A stretch of 32,000 bases of DNA from Candidatus Peribacter riflensis (lineage in GTDB: Bacteria > Patescibacteriota > Gracilibacteria > Peribacterales > Peribacteraceae): positions 690,001 through 722,000 of the forward strand of contig CP013062.1 in assembly GCA_001430755.1 (NCBI GenBank), written 5' to 3'. Shown here in pieces: positions 29,476 through 32,000 of the stretch. The position numbers and the translations under genes were made by a program. The notes under the pieces are model-generated. The model worked only from the letters and a program-made list of their open reading frames with translations. It had not been told where the DNA came from and did no database searches. Numbering within the stretch: position 1 is the stretch's first letter; the number at the start of each line of letters is the position of its first letter.

Positions 29476-29522
29476 CCCAGTTCCCAAGTTCCCAAGTTCC
29501 CTATTCCCCAGTTCCCTCTCCC
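29476..29522 (-). repeat. 7-8-nt tandem repeat (CCCAAGTT-type), G-rich on the coding (-) strand
   Basis: CCCAGTT CCCAAGTT CCCAAGTT CCCTATT CCCCAGTT CCCTCT CCC: seven C3-4 runs spaced 3-5 nt apart. It begins at the stop codon of the ATPase gene. Confidence 0.7.
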
Positions 29523-31765
29523 TAGATGATCGGCTCCTCAAACTTTTCTTCCACACTGGAAATCTCATCTTCTTTCGGTGGCGCCGCAGCGGCTTCATCC
29601 CATCGTTTCAGCATCTCTTCCACCTTCTTCTTGGGATTGCAGTATTTGGCACGTGACCGCGCGATGATCTCCTGCGTGTGATCCTCTTTCGACTTCGGCA
29701 CATCCACCGTGCGGCCCGAAAAAGCCTCGCGGATCTCGCCCTTCACCGACATTTTGACGTAGAACTCGCGCACGCCCAGGTTGATGATGTCACGCTCCTT
29801 GAAGATCGGCTCATACTCCTTCTCCAGCACGACGGCATCTTCCGCACCCACGCGGAAACTGATCATGGAGCCCACGTTGCCGAAAACCGTCTGCCGGATC
29901 CGCGCAGAGAGCTGGCCCATGTACTGGTGAGCGATGGTGAGATCCAGATGGTACTTGCGAGCTTCAGAGAGGATCTCGTAGAACGTATCGGTCGCAAAGT
30001 TCTGGAACTCGTCGACGTAGAAGTAGAAATCCGGACGATGTTCCTCCTCCACGTTCGCCCTGCTCATGGCGGCCTGATACATCTTGGTGATGATCATGGA
30101 ACCGATGAGCGAGGAATTCTCTTCGCCCAGAAGCCCCTTCGAGACCTTCATGAGCAGAATTTTCTTGTTATCCATGACATCGCGGATATCGAATTGGGCC
30201 GTGGGCTGGCCGATGATATTGCGGATCATGTTCGTGGCCACGAACTGGCCCACCTTGTTGAGGAGGGGCGTGATGGCTTCGGAATCGAACTTCTCGCTCC
30301 ACGCGGCGAATTCCGAAACCCAGAAGCTCTTCACCACGTTATCCTGGATGCGCGCCACGATCTTCTGGCGGTAGTTCTTGTCATTGAGCATCTTGAGGAT
30401 CGAGAGCACCGTGGTATTGGGACTATCGAGGAGCGCCAGCGTGGTGTAGCGGAGCACGTGCTCCAGACGGTAGGTCCAGTTGTCGCCGAAGAGCTTTTTG
30501 AAGATGTCGAGGAACCCGATGGTGAGCTGCATCTTGTAGGCCTCATCCACCTTCGCGAGCGGATTGAAGGCGATGGGGAACTCGGTATCACCCGGGTCGA
30601 AGAGGATCACATCCTCAATGCGGCTCTTGGGCACGTGCTTGAGCACGCAGTCGACTAGATCGCCGTGCGGATCGAGCACTGCCACTCCCCTGCCGCGCTC
30701 CAGATCCTCCTTGATGAGGAGCTCGAGGAGCTTTGATTTGCCCACACCGGATTTGCCGACCACGTACAGATGACGCCGGCGGTCTTCGAGGCGCACGCCG
30801 AATTTCACGAAGTTGTTGTGATAGTTCGTGATGCCGAAGGTGCTCACATCCTTCTCGCCGGACCGGGGCAGATCCTGCGGCGGATCCGATTTGCGCGCGA
30901 GCACGTGGACGATGTGATGCACATAATCCGCATTCGGCAGATGGAAGAGCGTGGCGACCTCCGCAGCGCTCAGGATGTAGGCGGTTGCATGCTGTCGTTC
31001 GCGGTACCGACGAAGAAACGATGCCACATTGATGTCTTTGGAGGAGACAAACCCGTTGATGTCCGAATCATTGAAGTGATAGAAGCTGTTCTTCACTGCT
31101 TCGAGCTTGCGACTGGCCTCCTCCTCGCTCTTACTCAAGTACGCGCAGCGGATGGATACACGAAAAGGCTTCGTCTGCTCCTTCTGCTTGGCCGCCTCAT
31201 AGCGAACGGACTGAATACCTTTGCGACCCTCCTTGCGCAACCGATCGCGCACGGAGAAGTACTTCTTCAGGTTCGCGAACTTGAACCGCCAGCTCCGACG
31301 GAAGTGGTAGAGAGCATCGTCGGCATGCGGCTCCACGACGATCTGTACCCAGACCTGCTCGCCGCTGTCGATCTTCGAGAGCACTGAGAAGAGGCGTGAC
31401 ATCGAGTCCTCCTCGAACTTGTCATACATCTTGATCGGGTACACATCTCTCTCTTTGAGTGTGAGCTCACACCCGGCAAGGTGATGCTTCTCTGGATGCA
31501 GCATCTCCGTGTAATCCTTGGTCTCGCGGATCTCGGCATCGGGGAACGAAGCGTAGATGAGACCCTCGATCGTCTCTTTGTACTTCTCACCCATGACCAC
31601 GTAGAAGTACGTGTACTGCTCGTAGCCGAAGTACTCGAACGAGAAGCGCTCCTCGGTGACGGTGTTGCGCAAACTGACGAGCAGATCCTGGAATTTGGAT
31701 TCCAGTTTCCTGTTCTCCTTCTTCCCCTGGGGGACCACGATGTGGAGGTAGCGGAGATTGGCCAT
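29522..31765 (-). CDS. VirD4/TraG/TraD-family (type IV coupling-protein-like) P-loop ATPase with an uncharacterised N-terminal domain
   Basis: Walker A YVVGKSGVGKSKLL, AVLDPHGDL, Walker B FYFYVDEFQNF, and LTIAHQYMGQL. 747 aa. Confidence 0.8.
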   Translation of the reverse strand: MANLRYLHIVVPQGKKENRKLESKFQDLLVSLRNTVTEERFSFEYFGYEQYTYFYVVMGEKYKETIEGLIYASFPDAEIRETKDYTEMLHPEKHHLAGCELTLKERDVYPIKMYDKFEEDSMSRLFSVLSKIDSGEQVWVQIVVEPHADDALYHFRRSWRFKFANLKKYFSVRDRLRKEGRKGIQSVRYEAAKQKEQTKPFRVSIRCAYLSKSEEEASRKLEAVKNSFYHFNDSDINGFVSSKDINVASFLRRYRERQHATAYILSAAEVATLFHLPNADYVHHIVHVLARKSDPPQDLPRSGEKDVSTFGITNYHNNFVKFGVRLEDRRRHLYVVGKSGVGKSKLLELLIKEDLERGRGVAVLDPHGDLVDCVLKHVPKSRIEDVILFDPGDTEFPIAFNPLAKVDEAYKMQLTIGFLDIFKKLFGDNWTYRLEHVLRYTTLALLDSPNTTVLSILKMLNDKNYRQKIVARIQDNVVKSFWVSEFAAWSEKFDSEAITPLLNKVGQFVATNMIRNIIGQPTAQFDIRDVMDNKKILLMKVSKGLLGEENSSLIGSMIITKMYQAAMSRANVEEEHRPDFYFYVDEFQNFATDTFYEILSEARKYHLDLTIAHQYMGQLSARIRQTVFGNVGSMISFRVGAEDAVVLEKEYEPIFKERDIINLGVREFYVKMSVKGEIREAFSGRTVDVPKSKEDHTQEIIARSRAKYCNPKKKVEEMLKRWDEAAAAPPKEDEISSVEEKFEEPII

Positions 31766-31817
31766 TTAAGCCATATTCTTCAGTATTTTGGCTCTTTTGT
31801 AAATAGTTTTCACAGCT

Positions 31818-32000
31818 TCAGTAGACCTCTTTTAAGTAGCAATTTTCGCAATAAACCTTCTCCGGTTTGTCTGGCGGGTAGGTCGTCTCAATGGGTTTCT
31901 GGCACTTCATGCATTCCCGCTTCCAGAGCTTGCGGGGATTTCTGAGTGCAAGACGACGGTCGTAGCGCTCGTCGGGATGGAGCCGCGGCAGCGGAAGTTT
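31818..32000 (-). CDS. partial CDS (5' end outside the window): C-terminal zinc-ribbon protein
   Basis: My own translation of the - strand gives ...LRNPRKLWKRECMKCQKPIETTYPPDKPEKVYCENCYLKEVY*, with a CxxC...CxxC ribbon. The stop is at 31818-31820. Confidence 0.6.
   Translation of the reverse strand, partial: KLPLPRLHPDERYDRRLALRNPRKLWKRECMKCQKPIETTYPPDKPEKVYCENCYLKEVY

Noticed and set aside
1-32000. Known defence systems, toxin-antitoxin pairs, transposases, integrases or prophage genes
   Set aside because: I looked through all ORFs of 60 aa or more on both strands and recognised none of these. The accessory-looking content here is repeat DNA and metabolic clusters rather than mobile or defence genes.

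Overview
GC-rich, densely coded window that looks bacterial. It uses the standard code (TGA is a stop) and shows no Shine-Dalgarno signals. I support about 30 protein genes, one tRNA-Gly(UCC), two textbook intrinsic terminators and three sigma70-like promoters.

Gene blocks in order:
- rpsA, a HIT hydrolase and yidD.
- tRNA-Gly.
- An MprF-TM-like membrane protein.
- A serA-like dehydrogenase, preceded by a Ser/Cys-rich mini-ORF and a terminator.
- An SLH + beta-propeller envelope protein.
- An isoprenoid super-cluster: idi, uppS, mvk, (HAD phosphatase, opposite strand), mvaD, class I HMG-CoA reductase, archaeal-type HMG-CoA synthase, thiolase, and a DUF35 fusion.
- An alpha-glucan cluster: GT4/5, GH57, GH15.
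- A secreted helical protein, an IMPase, maf, trpS and rluA.
- A DUF4015 glycosidase-like protein.
- An orphan VirD4/TraG-like ATPase and a partial zinc-ribbon gene.

Best candidate for something new: the mevalonate operon has no recognisable phosphomevalonate or isopentenyl-phosphate kinase. It ends instead in a single ORF that fuses the DUF35 scaffold OB-fold to a divergent guanylate-kinase-like P-loop domain, a possible non-orthologous kinase tethered to the thiolase/HMGS complex.

Second theme: intergenic and some intragenic DNA is full of unusual short-word repeat hairpins.
- Some are telomere-like CCTAAY/GGGTTA tracts with G-quadruplex potential, sitting at gene 3' ends.
- A ~50-nt GC-rich palindromic element is inserted in-frame into the glycine-rich motif III of mevalonate kinase. 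It occurs again, inverted, in the leader of the GH57 gene.

A CPR/Peregrinibacteria-like origin is only a guess from gene content and cannot be verified here.
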